NCBI GenBank assembly: GCA_036172245.1
Contig: JAYWIR010000073.1
Coordinates: forward strand, 372,001 to 404,357
DNA from: Raillietiella orientalis
Taxonomy: Eukaryota
Length of the DNA: 32,357 nt
Direction: 5' to 3'
Part shown: in pieces, positions 1 to 11,471 of the stretch
Layout: each line of letters begins with the position of its first letter
How positions within the stretch are numbered: position 1 is the stretch's first letter
The notes under the pieces: model-generated
Told to the model about the DNA's origin: nothing
Databases searched by the model: none
What the model saw: only the letters and a program-made list of their open reading frames with translations
Made by a program: the position numbers and the translations under genes

Positions 1-2000
1 AAGAGGAATTTGCATGCAAAAGAACTGCAGCTGCAGGAACCGGATTTAGGAAACAATTTTTCGACCCCAGCGGATTCGCGGGACTTCCGTGCGAACGGTC
101 TTTTTATCGATCGCGAAGGGCACTTTCTCGGGTCACGTGCTCAGCGCTCCAGCGAACTCGGAACGCGTGCCCGCGAGGGCCTTCACGCGGCGCGCAATGC
201 GGCGCATCTCCGTTTCCCTTCCAGACTTGCAAAAGATACGAGCAGAATCTTCGTTTGGGTGCAACCTGCGCAGTCAAAGGTGCTCTTCGAGCGAGCAAAG
301 AACCTTTTTCGGACTGCCACAGAATTTCTCCCGAGGAAGGCAAGGAGATTCCCGCAAAGACCAACTGCGGCGATGGAAACGGAGCAGTCAGCGCCCCATT
401 CCAACTGTGCTGGCGCGAGCCAGCACCAGAGAGGACCCTGCTGCTCGCACGTGCGCTCATGGGATCGTGCTGGACAGCAGTCATTCGAGGTGCGTGTTTT
501 CCCCTCAGGACTCGCATCTTCCTGAATAAGGGAACATGGGAAATCCGGGAAGACTGACGTGAGTTTGCAAGAGGTTTACCCGAGAAACGCCTGCAAACAA
601 CCCAAGGGTGCCATGGTTCTCTTGCCGTCGTGTTGTTTACGGCCACACGAGTTTCCTCTTCTTATTCAGGATGATTTTCCTGATCCCAATGTCTGCTGGC
701 TTCAGCAACTGTATCATTTTATGTTTGACACCTTCCGTGTTCGAGGCCAAGCACAAGCAATCGGATTCGCCCGTTTTTCTCAATGGCTCCTCTGGAAGCA
801 TCATGTTCGGAAGAGTCTTTGAGGTTCTTCTATTTAAAATAGGAAAGAAAGTTCGTCTGAAGGTTGCACGATATCAGCCCTATAATTCCTTAAGGACCTG
901 ACTCTGTTTTAGGAAAACAGCGAGGTGACCCGTCCTTATTTAGCGGCTATAAGAGAGCCGCAGGCTCCATTCGCTTTCATCATCCGCTATTATCCTTCAA
1001 GCACTCCATGAGTCTTGAAAAGACAAAAAAAAGGAGAGAGAATTTGGTTGCACACACCCCATGGCAATGAGAATGATTTAAGGAGTTCATCTCGGATGAA
1101 TAAGGATTCATCCAGGGATTCACTTCATTCTGGAGGCTTCAGAAAGTCTTACACACCCAGAGCACCATGCACTCTGACCACAGGCAGACTATGGTCCACG
1201 GGCAAAGCAAGATGCGCCAACAGCCGCTTTAGGTGATCACCAGTGCTGTCAATCAACTTTCGGTTGCAGCGACAAAAAATAAGGCGCAAAGAGGATACTC
1301 AGCAGCTGGAAGCAGCGCTTGTGCTTCATGTCTTCATCATGCTTCATGTCTTCGCATCTTGTGGAATCCTCAAGATGAGGCAATGCGATTCCCTCCTTTC
1401 GTCCTTCTTGATCTCTCCCTTCAAAACAAACTAGGACGCAGCTCTAGGTTTCTTGCAGCACCTTTGGCACGGAGGAGATGCGCTTCCAGGCGCCAAGATT
1501 CACCACAGTTTTCGAAGAAGCCAAGGAACATTTGGCGAAAGACAGGAAGCGAGAGTTGCTCCGATCATATCACAGAAAAGGGTGATGCCTGTAGCTAAAG
1601 TGTCATGCCAACAAACATTGAGACACAGCAGGCAACTTAGATATGTGACAAGCGAGTACATGTGGTACGTTGGTATTCTCCCGAGATATCAGTGAAGATC
1701 CAGAATGAAGGAGTGGGCATTTCCCTGGAAACGAATATTCTCTGGCCGCACAATACGACTGATAAATTCACGAGTTCGAAGTAAACCACTACGGTTCCGT
1801 CTCCGACAAGAATGGCATCTTCCTCTTCTCTCCAGAACGCCTTCCGCTTCCCTAAGAGCACAGAAAAAGAGATCGCAGCACATCAGCTTTCCTCGGAGCG
1901 CCGGTCTTCGGTTGACATCCACAGTGAAAGCTCCGTTTCTCTGAAGAGGGTCCATCACTGAAAATAAAGGTCACTCCAGGAAGTCAAAATCTCCTCGTCT
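1..2000 (-). mobile_element. Decayed L1/Tx1-type non-LTR retrotransposon ORF2 (endonuclease-RT) remnant
   Basis: Minus-strand translation with stops and frameshifts gives GRVTSL..LRNYR (~875-935; cf. LLPK..LRNYRPISL), ILNRRTSKTLPNMMLPE (~790-845; cf. ILANRLKKVLPNIIHPDQ), VR/QQGPL (~430-455; cf. GVRQGCPLS), NLGAWKRISS (~1470-1500; cf. GYWKLNSS) and AILVGD (~1800). The motifs are in the colinear order of an L1-clade ORF2. Confidence 0.65.
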
Positions 2001-2049
2001 TCCGGGAGCATGCCTGGATTGTGTGGCTTCCTAAGAAATTTCCTAATAG

Positions 2050-2700
2050 TCTTGATTCATGCAGCACGTGACCACTGGTTGTTTCTTAAGACGGTGCCGT
2101 CTTTCTACACGCATTCCGCAGCAACTGCCACTGTTCGCCGTTGCGAATCCTCGTTCCTGACCTCCGTGTCATCCGCTTCCAGGTCTGCCGAGGGGACCTC
2201 ACGGGGTGAACAGTCCCCGTGGCCAGTTCATCCCGCCACGACTCCTTGCTCCTAGGCATTATCGAGCACATGCCAAGTCCGCGAAACCTTGAGACAGTCT
2301 TCCACGAGGTTTCGCACTCTGCTTGGCGCTTTGCGGACGCATTGCTATGCACGTTGGCCTACGGACATGTGTTTCGGCAACTCCAGTGGCGTGAACCTTA
2401 GTGTTCATTTCTTCCAAATAGGGAGGCTTTACGAGGGTCACACTTTGTGTTCCTTGTGCGCGTTCGCAAGAGGACAAGTATGGAAGGCTAATTATTCCTA
2501 GATTTCTGTTCTCGCACTTATGTAGGAAGAACGAGTCGCTCCAGACATCACAGACGCGATAGAAGAACGATTTTCGGAGCAGGCAGCCATTCCCTGACCA
2601 CTGCCAGTAGACCTCAAGTTGTACGTGGCCAAACCACAGGCTTGACATCTCCAATGTCAAGGCCAAGCCGGGACAAGAAAGCTCACATGTGTGTTTGTGT
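2050..2700 (-). mobile_element. Decayed non-LTR ORF1 (gag-like) remnant upstream of the ORF2 relic
   Basis: 2100-2265 is clearly homologous at nucleotide level to 4000-4170. It translates to a degenerate IPHF-R-GET..C..GH.A.EC zinc-knuckle-like region and lies 5' of ORF2 on the same strand. Confidence 0.4.
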
Positions 2701-2722
2701 GTGTGCATGTGTGCGTGCGTGC
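2686..2722. repeat. Imperfect (TG)n/(TGCG)n microsatellite
   Basis: catgtgtgtttgtgtgtgtgcatgtgtgcgtgcgtgca seen directly. Confidence 0.8.
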
Positions 2723-3429
2723 AAGGATGGATGTTTCGTGCAATCATGCTTGAGAACCGATGCAGAAGCGGAAGAAAATGGTTGGTCAGCAGTGAAATAC
2801 GAGCCGGGTAGCATCAGTGTCTTGAGGAAGCTCATTTGGGATCGTGGTGAGACGTGCCTGACGAAAAATCCTGGGAATGATTTGTGTAGTCAAGGAACTG
2901 GCTGCTCAGATGGGCAGTAGCGATTTCCCATATGCTTCCTTGTCTTGCGTTTCTGCACCCGCCTGAGTAGGTGAGGTCTCCTGGAAGGCACCTGTTAAAC
3001 CTTGACAGAATGTTCGGCTCAGAAAAATAGCATGTGGGAAAAGAATCTGGAACGGAGCAATGTCTCAAAACTCGAGAAAAAAAAAATTTGGTACAGCGTA
3101 GATTTTGTCCTTTTGGTTGACGAGGAAGGAAATGAATTTCCAAGGTCTTTCGAGTCCTTAAGCAAAATGCCAAGTTCCCGGTCCGACCTGTAGAGGGGTG
3201 AATTTGGGAAGCAACTTTGAAACAAAAAGCTCAATCACGCATCTTTCTGCAGACACTTTGTCGAGAATTCCTGCACGCAGCACTCCACAAGTCACCAAGT
3301 ACCACTTTCTGCGTTCAATTTAAAAGAAAATCTTTTCCTATTGGTCGAGGGGCAATGGAGTCCGGTGAGCTGTCCACTCGCTTGGGGCCATCCGCCACCT
3401 TCTTCAACATGCAGCGGTAACTCAAGGGG

Positions 3430-4290
3430 GACGCTCTACCTGATCTCCGTTTCCCTGTCGATGACTGCTCGGACGATGGTCGTCGCGAGCTCTGCTGTGT
3501 TCCGCATCGGTTCGCCCTTCTTATCGCGTTGCTCGTAGCGAAGAGGGCAACGGTGGTCCGTCCCAAGAGATTGTATGGCGTTGCCCTTCCCTCCAGTCAC
3601 TCCCGCCCGCACCTCCATCTTCGTTTTCGCTCTGCACGCGGGCCCCCCCGCCGGTCAATCCTGGCGCAGAGCCGGCCAACGCGAAGTCGGGATTCCCTGG
3701 CTGCGCATGCCTGGCAGTGCTCGTCCCGGCTGCCACCTGTTCAACCGTTCAGTCTGGAGCCACCCGGCCTTCCCCCGTGGCCAATCCATCGGGAGGTCAT
3801 CATCCCGAGCTAGTCCGCGGGTCGGTCTCCTCCTCCACCTCCTCGTTGTGCCCGCCGATAACAGGCCTTCATTTTCAGGACCCCGTGGCTACTGGCAGCC
3901 ACCTCGAGTGCGTCACCTTCTCTCCGTTTACCCTTCATTTCATCGCGGATGTCAGCTCCGACGACCCTTCCAGAGCTCGTGGGTCCTGTGGCTGCATCTT
4001 CCCATCACTTCCGCACTCTGTGGCAACAACTACCACTGTTCTCCGTTGCCAATCCTTATTTCCTGACCTCTGAATCATCCACTTTCAAGTCTCCCCCGCG
4101 ACCCTCATGAAGTGAGGAATACCATGGTCAGTTGCCTTTTGCCACGATTCCTTGCTTGTAGGCACTATCTTCAGTTGGTGACCGCTCCACCAGTGCCTGT
4201 TTTCTTCTCCACGTTCTCCGAATCTCCACGTTTGCCAATTGGAGCTGACATCAGTTCTTTCGAATTGTTAATCAGCCTCGAGGGGACTCT
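3430..4290 (-). mobile_element. Second decayed non-LTR ORF1 (gag-like) remnant
   Basis: GIPHFMRVAGET..VVATEC (4000-4150) is homologous to 2100-2265 and is followed by an R/S/G/E-rich low-complexity tail typical of ORF1. Confidence 0.4.
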
Positions 4291-4299
4291 GTGCACCGC

Positions 4300-4806
4300 G
4301 TACTGATCTTTGGAAGCCCCGGAGGCAACGCGAGAGACGTTTTCAAGCGCCAATTCCTGCGCGATGCCCTCACGCCGTCCGCGTCCGCAGCAACACCTTC
4401 CTGTCCACGTGGCTGGACCGCGGCTGCATGGAGCAGCGCCAGAAAAAACAGAACGACAGGGGAGCCATCTCTTTTGCTGTCCTTTCCTTGAAAACATCGT
4501 CAAGATGGACCCATTTGGAAGTCTCGGAACAAAACTCTCCGACGACCTTACAAGGATGCAGAGGACGCCCTCCAGCACGCAGTGATCCCTCCCCGACCCC
4601 TCAGCCCCATCACTTTCTGACTGCATGTTTTTTGCCTTTTTTATTCTATTCTTTTTGTTTGTCTCCCCTGTCGTGGCGACTCTCACCGGTCTGCGCACCA
4701 GTTCCCGGCAGGGTTTTTTGCGTGGTTGTAAGACACGTGGTGGGATCAAACGCCTTTCCACGTGTTCATTTTTGATAAACAAACGCTTCCGCCTGACCGG
4801 TGTCAA
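4300..4806 (+). mobile_element. 3' end of L1/Tx1-type element (ORF2 C-terminus plus 3' UTR), decayed
   Basis: RDVFKRQFLRDALTP and AISFAVLSLKTSSRWTHL match RDVSRLLFVQDALRP and AVVLAVRYLRIATRWPHL of the 15473-16114 copy. It has a T-rich tract, the shared caccggtctgcg..cccggcagg UTR motif and a terminal tgaccggtgtcaa. Confidence 0.7.
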
Positions 4807-4864
4807 CCCGAGGGAACCCCTCCATGAAGTGACCGGTCACCGTAATCAGTTTTTTTTTTTACCA

Positions 4865-5960
4865 CTCGTAGGCATCAGCGAGCAAACGACCAGTCAGGTC
4901 AGAAAACACTTGCATCGATCTTCTACGGGACAGCCATGGTGCGCCATTGCAGTTGGATTTGCAAGCGATCCAGCGTCAGGAGACCAAGACCGCCGTCCCG
5001 GCGCGGAGCGCATAAGTCCATCAGAGGCACCCAGGGCCTCCCTTGGCCCCAAAGGGAGGTGCGTAGGAAGTCCTTAGTCCTCTTTTTAAACAGGGGGGGG
5101 GGGAAAGGGGCAAATAAAAAGCACCCATTTTTTTCTTCTCTGAGGGGAACCTGGAAAGGATCCTAGCGGGAAATTCTTCCGCGGCGTGTGTTGCAGTTCC
5201 GTGGAAAGTGAGTAGAAGCGGTGTGGAATAGCACGTTGACTGCTTTGCATCGTCTCCTCGCCTTTGCGTGGCGTGCTGGAACGTCAACGGGCTACAGGAG
5301 GACGAGAAGAGGCGAGCGGTAGCCATCATCCATTCCCCTTGCTGCCTTCCCTCAGAGAAGCCAGGGACAGCCAAGAAGAGGCAATGTGGGAAGTGTCCTG
5401 CCTTATCGGAGGCAGGAAAAAACTATTGAAGGCGTGGACGTCCCGGGAACTAGCGGACGCTACAACCCGAGTGTCTCGCCTAATGGATTTGTGCTCTGGG
5501 GCGAGCTGCTCGATATGCCTCCGAAGGAGGGGAAGTGGGCCCCAGCGTCTTCGGACAGCGGCACCCTCCCTTTGCATTGGCAGGAGACAGCGTTGCTTGT
5601 GCTCCATTGGGGATTTTTATGCAGAGCACACCTGTCTCACTGGACATTCGAGAGAATGGATGCCCATTGTGCAGTGTGCTTGGAAAGGGAGACCTTCCCT
5701 CACTTAATCATAGAGTGTGTTGCACTCCGTCTGATATGGGATCGACCCTTGTCGACCCTAAACATTCCGGTGGGCGACCCTAAAAACATTTTTCGTCGCC
5801 TCCTGATGCGGGACGCACTGCCAGCCGCCGCGTGTGTTGCAGTTCTCTACTGCATACGCGGAATCCTGGATAAGTGTACCGCGTCAAGGACAGTCCGCAG
5901 GAGTCGGAATGCCACCCACTGGGCAGTCATCTCTATCGAGAAGGCTGGCCGTTGGCGCCG
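4865..5960 (+). mobile_element. L1/Tx1-type ORF2 C-terminal remnant with zf-RVT CCHC finger
   Basis: ORF 5386-6216 contains LPLHWQETALLVLHWG..HCAVCLERETFPHLIIEC. The 5264 frame has WTSRELADATT and QPWC lies at ~4930. Paralogous to 6589-7845 and 15258-16663, with frameshifts. Confidence 0.8.
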
Positions 5961-6019
5961 ACTGAGTAACACTCTGCCGGCACCTGTTCGCATCCAAAAC
6001 CGCATGCAGAGGCCTCTTA

Positions 6020-6570
6020 CCCTGCAGGCTGGTTGCAGGGCAGACACGCACGAGGAAGCAGACGCAATGACGCGAAGAGAAATTCGAGAGGACCACGCGT
6101 GTTCCGCCTGCGCGCGCGCTGACCGTCTGTTTGTCCGCGATGCGGCGCTCCAGTGCAGGCATCTCCAGACCGTTGGAGCCTCCCTACGACTGTTGAGACG
6201 AGGGAAGAGATGCTGAACATCCAAGACTGAAAACAGCAGCTGCTCCTCTCTATTCTTTGCTTCTTCTTCCTGAGTTTCCGACTTCGCAGCCGAGACCAAG
6301 TTAAACAGAAAGAGTTCTTTCTCGCAGTTGGTCTCTCTTTTTGGAACGCAAAGGACGTCCGCAGGAGTCCTTGGTCTTCTGTACAGACGGTAACCACAGC
6401 TCCTGGGAGGCGTGTCTGAGAATCCTTCAGCGTGCTGAGGACAAAGGCATCCGTTTCCCCTCGCCTGATTGGTCATGCAGTTGTCTGCTCTTCGAAGGGC
6501 TAGGGCGCTCTCTGGCGAGTAAGGGTGATTAGGGCAGGTTACTGGGGTGAAGCGCCGAAACCTAATTTTG
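6020..6570 (-). mobile_element. L1/Tx1-type reverse transcriptase N-terminal fragment, decayed
   Basis: ALITL..PIRRGETDAFVL..TRLPGAVVTVCTEDQ then CVPKRE..LFLFNLV..LFSVLDVQHLFPRL resemble RT motifs 1-3 (ITLLPK..RPISLLNTD..RL..DQ..VPGR..LDxEKAFD). Confidence 0.55.
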
Positions 6571-6588
6571 CCTGAGGGTTAACTGACG

Positions 6589-7845
6589 TTTCCACCCGGT
6601 CAAGCCGTGGCTTTTATTTAAAAACTTTCGGTCAGTACGGAACGTGGTACAGGGCCGCACTAACGGCCACGCGACACCGGAGCTTCCGGGACGCCGGGAC
6701 GAAGCCCGGCGTGGCACTCCTCGGCAGAGCACGAAGATGGGGCAGAAAACAAAAATAAAAATAAAATTGAGAGAGACAAACAAACAAAAAGAGTTTGGAG
6801 GACCGGGAAGGGATCACATTCCACTACGGGGAGGGCCCATCCGTCGAAGGATGCCCTCGAGGTCCTCCTTCATTCCACCCAACCGGGGCCCTCCGGTAGC
6901 TCCATGCAGGAAGAGAGCAGCATACGGGATGACGTCCGTCACGTTCGAGTCTCCATCTTCGGCTTCACTCCAGGCCGCCGCAATACCTCGAACCCAGCAC
7001 AGTGCTGCCAGGGCCGCGGCTGGCTGCAGGGCGTCCCGCACGAAGAGGAGCCGGAAAACGTCAATGGGCGAGCTGCCCATAGGGAGGCCGAGAGTCGTCC
7101 GCAACCGTTCCCAAACGGATTGGAGGGAAGCGCAACAAACAATGAGGTGGGGGAGCCATTCCCGCTACCCAGAACTGGTACACGCAGGATCCAGAGCACC
7201 CCTTGTCCAGTGGAAGCGGCCTGCGCTGCAGGGTGAACCCCAGTGCAAAAGTAGCAACGCCGATTCTTGCCAATTAAGGGGCAGCATCCTGGATACAATC
7301 ATTTCTGGGGGCCACCACACCTCATCCAACGGAATGACGAGCAGGTCGCCCCATCTCGGAAGTCCACTCGGCTGGACGGTCGGGGTTGTGGCGTCCGCTA
7401 GTTCTCCCATGGTCCAGCCGTTGATGATCTTCTCCCAGCCTGCAATCCGGCAGGAGACGTGCCACCTCGGCGTTCGGCTGCCGAGAAGCGCCCACCACAG
7501 GAAGGGCATCACCGTGGAAAGGAGGGTCGCCTCCGCCCAGTTGCAACTCGTAGGAAACAGCAGTATTTCCCGCAGAGTGCGGCGGGCGAATGTGCCAGTA
7601 CCAAGACAGTTCCTCGCTTCGTAACTCCTCGGGTTGAGCTTTGCCCAGGTGCCAGCAGTCTCCCCCGACCAGGCGGAGGAGTTGTGGAGTGAGAGCACTC
7701 ATCGGACAGGGTCGTCGCCCGAGCATTGCTTTCGATGCTTAAAGTGGAGGCGAGGCGGAAGAGGGAAGCCAAGCAGACCACCGAGCTCTCATGCTCGAAC
7801 GTCGCCAACCCGGACGCCCCACTGGCACAATAGCACGACGGCTCC
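6589..7845 (-). mobile_element. 5'-truncated L1/Tx1-type element (ORF2 C-terminus plus 3' UTR)
   Basis: ORFs 7165-7698 and 6814-7104 align closely with 15473-16114 (GWTMGELADATTP, LPLNWQESALLLLHWG, LLFVRDALQPAAALAALC). There is a stop inside the CCHC finger, a T-rich UTR, AATAAA (6613-6618, -) and a terminal tgaccgggtgg. Confidence 0.85.
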
Positions 7846-7848
7846 TTT

Positions 7849-8199
7849 ATGTCAGCAAGTGGAAAGGCACAAAAGAAGAATGGTGATACCTGAAAACCAT
7901 CGCGAGAAGAGACCTGAAGAAGAGGCGGAAGGCGAACGACAGTTATGGGATCCACATGCGCAAAGAGTTGAGGCACGTGCACTCGATCACGAGTTTCTCT
8001 GGCAGCGCTGTGTACACTATGAGCAGCTTCGTGAACGATGTCTTCGATCGCATCGCTGTACAAGCGCCCCGCTTGTCCCAATACACGCGACCATCACCAG
8101 CCAGGATGTGTAGAGAGCAGTGCGCCTACTGCTACCGGGCGAGTGGGCCAAGCGGTCCGTTTCGGAAGACACGAAAGCCGTGACACCAGCTCCAAATGA
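7849..8199 (+). pseudogene. H2B: Histone H2B pseudogene
   Basis: [92 protein letters not shown]..TSSK* matches H2B end to end. It has frameshifts, an internal stop and no introns. Confidence 0.92.
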
Positions 8200-8877
8200 A
8201 CACCTTGCAATGGCCGTCGCCCGATGAGCTTCCTCTGAGAAAACAAAAACCTGCCTTTTGGAATGGGAAAGATTTTATTTCCATCTTCCCCGGGGACACC
8301 TCCCCCTTGGTGCCCCAGGGGGTACACAGACAGCGGCTATTGCAGCACGCGCCTATCTTGATATTCCCTTGACAAGAGCCAGAGGACGCTTCGCATCCGC
8401 GTTCCAATAAAAGAACCAAATTTGTCAGTGTATGTCTCGAGGAATATTAATCGATCCATTTTGCGTTGGAATGTTTTGATGCGCATTGATAGTTTGCAAT
8501 GGCAGCAGGATATTCTGGTGTTCCGCAAGTGGTGAGAGTACCAAAATATTTCATAACCTACGGATATCTGGGGACACGATTCAAATTTCGTTCCGATTTT
8601 CGTATTTCAAATCTATGGCTGCTTCAGAGGTTCCGGAAGAGCTTTAGGTAGGAATACAGTGGAGAACTACACTATTCAAGCATTCTTGGAAGAAGGTCTG
8701 AAACTGCTAAACTACTCTTCACACCCTAATGTTTATCCGCGCTTCAGGATGAGAAATGATTTTTACAGTTGATTTCAAGCATGATTTAGGACAGATGCAG
8801 GAGTCCACGCTCTTTATTCCTCAGCCCACACGTGGCTCCATCATCCGAATTGGCCCCATGCTTCCTACTGTCTTTAC

Positions 8878-9850
8878 CTTGTTTTCAGAAGGATCGACAA
8901 CTTTTTCCAGGAAGAAGATGTACCCTTCAGGTGTGCAAAGTGGCTGTTCAACAAATTGTGATTTGGAAAACGGATCTGCAAGCTGAGAACAGTTCTAAGT
9001 GCTGCAGAAGAGTTCAGCTGCCAAAAGAGTATCCACTCCAAAACCTACCTGTACCATCCTGTTGTTTCTTCAGAATGTTAAGATCCAGTTTCCAGATACC
9101 CAAATCGAACATCAATTCTACTCATTACCGAAGCTAATACATGAGGTTGCATAGGGTGAGCAGGAGGAATGGAAACAAGAACATGATATTGCTCATCCAG
9201 CCTTTCAGCGTTGAGCTAGCCATGAAGGCTCTTACTCTCCTGCAGGGATTAAATGACTTTCCATCTTCGAGGAAGACTTCCAACGGGGATATAGAAATGA
9301 ATACCATGGGAAACATGGATGCTATCTGGATAACACCTGCAAGGGGGATGTTAGATGAACGATGTGATCCCTTGTATAGTACACTTGTACGTTTTCATCA
9401 CTTTTGCCTCAAATCAAGAGGTATTCTACCATGCCAGGTAAAAATCCCTTGTTGAGTGGTTATTGTATTTTGCAAATAGATCAGAGGAATGATGGCAGCC
9501 ATAATAGCAGTGGGCCAAAGGAGAATCACACTTCAGGATTTGCATGAACTTTTGCATGAACCTAGCCCACAAACTTGGAACAAGTGCGCACTTGAACATG
9601 CTCCATCTGAGGGACTGCATCTTGTCTCACAGGACTACGGTTCCTCCATTCCTTGCTCGCTGTCATCCTGTGATGATGCAGCAAAAATAAAGTCTCCTTG
9701 CACCTCTCGCTTGCACCTACTCAAGAAGCAACATCGCTCCAAAAGGAACCAGGCTCCTTCTTGAAAGGTCTATTTCAATGGAATGGAAAAAATCAAAGTG
9801 GGTTTGTTCGTGCTTGTACCCTACCTGCTTTTCTTCAGCCTTGCAGGAAA
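8878..9850 (-). pseudogene. Unidentified intron-containing gene fragment or relic
   Basis: GT-AG-bounded, phase-consistent candidate exons include 8878-8975 (DPFSKSQFVEQPLCTPEGYIFFLEKVVDPSENK) after intron 8976-9048, and TFQEGAWFLLERCCFLSR joined to MTASKEWRNRSP across a ~50-bp intron. No complete frame could be assembled. Confidence 0.3.
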
Positions 9851-10229
9851 TGAAATCAAAGGAGAAAGCAGACGATTGTGATTGTGTTGTGATTGTATCC
9901 TCCACTGGATTGAGTTGCCAAACGAGGAACAAGAATTCGCACACACACGTACCCTTGCAACAGAAGAAGAAACGCATTTCCATTGGCAGCAATCGGTTTT
10001 TTTTTTTTGTTTTTTCTTTTCAGGTATCTTTCTATTTTGTCAGTTTCTTTCGATTGTTCTTTGATGCTCGACCAAGAACGAGTCCATGATTCTGCTTTTC
10101 AGCCTGTTTCCCATCTGCTATAGAATTACTGTCACTCATCACCCTCCTACTTTTAAAATCAGCATCTCCATCGCACATCCACCCCAAAAAAAATTTCCTC
10201 GTCCTCACCTCACCATTTTTAAGCATTGC

Positions 10230-10870
10230 CATTCAGGATTCCTCTTCATTGTGGAAATCGAATCCAAATGTTTCACACTTGCATCCTCCATTACAGATTC
10301 GAGGTTCGAATTTCAACAACTTGCCCTTGCGTCCAAGCTGTGCGACACCTTGGTACACTCCTGTACGAATGCTCGCCCAGTACACAAGCGGTTGCGACGG
10401 ACCGACTTTGGTAATCGCGACCGACGTTTGGCTCCCAACTTCGTCCAAGGGTTTCCTTGATGCAACGATATCCCTGCATCTCCACCTTCCCCGAAAACGG
10501 AACAAGCTGCAAGAGTTCCTTTTCGAGTACAACAAAATCGACGCCGCGAGCGAGTACAGAACACATCTGCCTACGAAACAGCACATGCAGCTGTACGCCG
10601 CTGACGGAAAGCGTGAAGAAGACCAGGAATGTGCACTGGACAACGTCCAAACCTCTTGGTCCGTTGCTGCCCACCCTGAGATGAACAATGAACAGAAGAG
10701 GGCAACTTGCGGGGGTGTAGAGCTACGTGTACAACACGAGAATCAAAACAAACAGATGGACCACGCGTTCCTCGACGAACGGCGGCTTTCCGAATGGATG
10801 AGAAGGATGGCGTGCCGTCCATGTTCACCGACCAAACAGGGCTGGAAATGGGAGCTTCTTCCGTAAGGCA
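10230..10870 (+). mobile_element. Decayed hAT (Ac/Tol2/ZBED1-like) transposase fragment
   Basis: FLFIVE..DSRFEF (cf. PFSIVE..DPRYEL), VIATDVW..SKGFLDATI..H..KLQEFLFE (cf. LTTDxWTS..YLxVTxHF..KLQS, first catalytic Asp) and ALDNVQ (cf. TTDNA). Copy 2 has GSHVYN (cf. CxAHxLN). The order is colinear. Confidence 0.6.
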
Positions 10871-10899
10871 AGGAATCTCGATTGCAAGTCCGAAGGATG

Positions 10900-11330
10900 C
10901 AGGCCGACAGATCAAGCCCTCGGGTGGCCGCAACACGCCTTCGCCAGCACCTCCGGGGCTTCGTCCTTCATGAGCTTGCGAACTGAGACCATCCGAAAAG
11001 AGCGGTCTGCGAGTTTGCTGCCCGTTCTTCTTGCACCTGCTGCCGCGGCTTCCGGGAAGGTGTGGCCAACCGCAGAGCGCTTCTGCAGACTCGCACCCCT
11101 TTTTCCACATTCCCGGATGACTGGCACCTCACGGAGTATGATACGAGGGCCGAGCGTTCGGTCTGGCAGTCTGCAGCAGCTGGTCTGTTGGACGATGAGG
11201 ACCAGGGACGCTCGACCGCCACCGATGTTTCTCAAACGGATTTCCCCGTGCACGTCTCATGAAAAAATCTCGTACTCCATTCCTGATAACATCGGTTCCT
11301 CATCAAACACTTGATTCGGGAGACCGGTAC
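10900..11330 (-). mobile_element. Possible gag-like zinc-knuckle remnant
   Basis: LPDRTLGPRIILREVPVIRECGKRG and LCGWPHLPGSR.C resemble degenerate tandem CCHC knuckles; the match is weak. Confidence 0.3.
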
Positions 11331-11337
11331 TTGGCAG

Positions 11338-11400
11338 TCGGCCAAGCGCGTCGTTTCCGAACACACGAATGCGGTGACCAAGTGCACGGGCTCGAAACGA
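11338..11400 (+). pseudogene. H2B: Histone H2B C-terminal fragment (second, diverged relic)
   Basis: SAKRVVSEHTNAVTKCTGSK matches H2B [20 protein letters not shown]. The downstream 11400-11560 is homologous to 8200-8358. Confidence 0.75.
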
Positions 11401-11471
11401 ACACAGTGCAATGGCGGCCGCCCCTTCCAATGGCCCGGAAAAAACAAGAACCAACCTTTTCGGAAGAGAAA

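Noticed and set aside
1285..1385. Cys-rich GYSAAGSSACASCLHHASCL resembling a phlebovirus-type fusion loop
   Set aside because: It lies antisense within the decayed L1/Tx1 ORF2, derives from a short cttcat repeat, and has no other glycoprotein motifs.
6644..7624. 326-aa plus-strand ORF
   Set aside because: It is the antisense shadow of the GC-rich retrotransposon ORF2 on the minus strand and has no recognisable domain.
8245..8275. Functional histone 3' stem-loop
   Set aside because: ctgccttttggaatggg does not form the canonical 6-bp stem with 4-nt loop; at most it is a decayed remnant.
8722..8739. HPNVYP, an E2 ubiquitin-conjugating enzyme motif
   Set aside because: It is not followed by the G.ICL catalytic Cys, and the frame has nearby stops.
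9360..9470. TTQQGIFTWH..VLYKG resembling a chuvirus-type glycoprotein motif
   Set aside because: It is short, interrupted by tandem stops, lacks the conserved Cys and has no supporting flanks.
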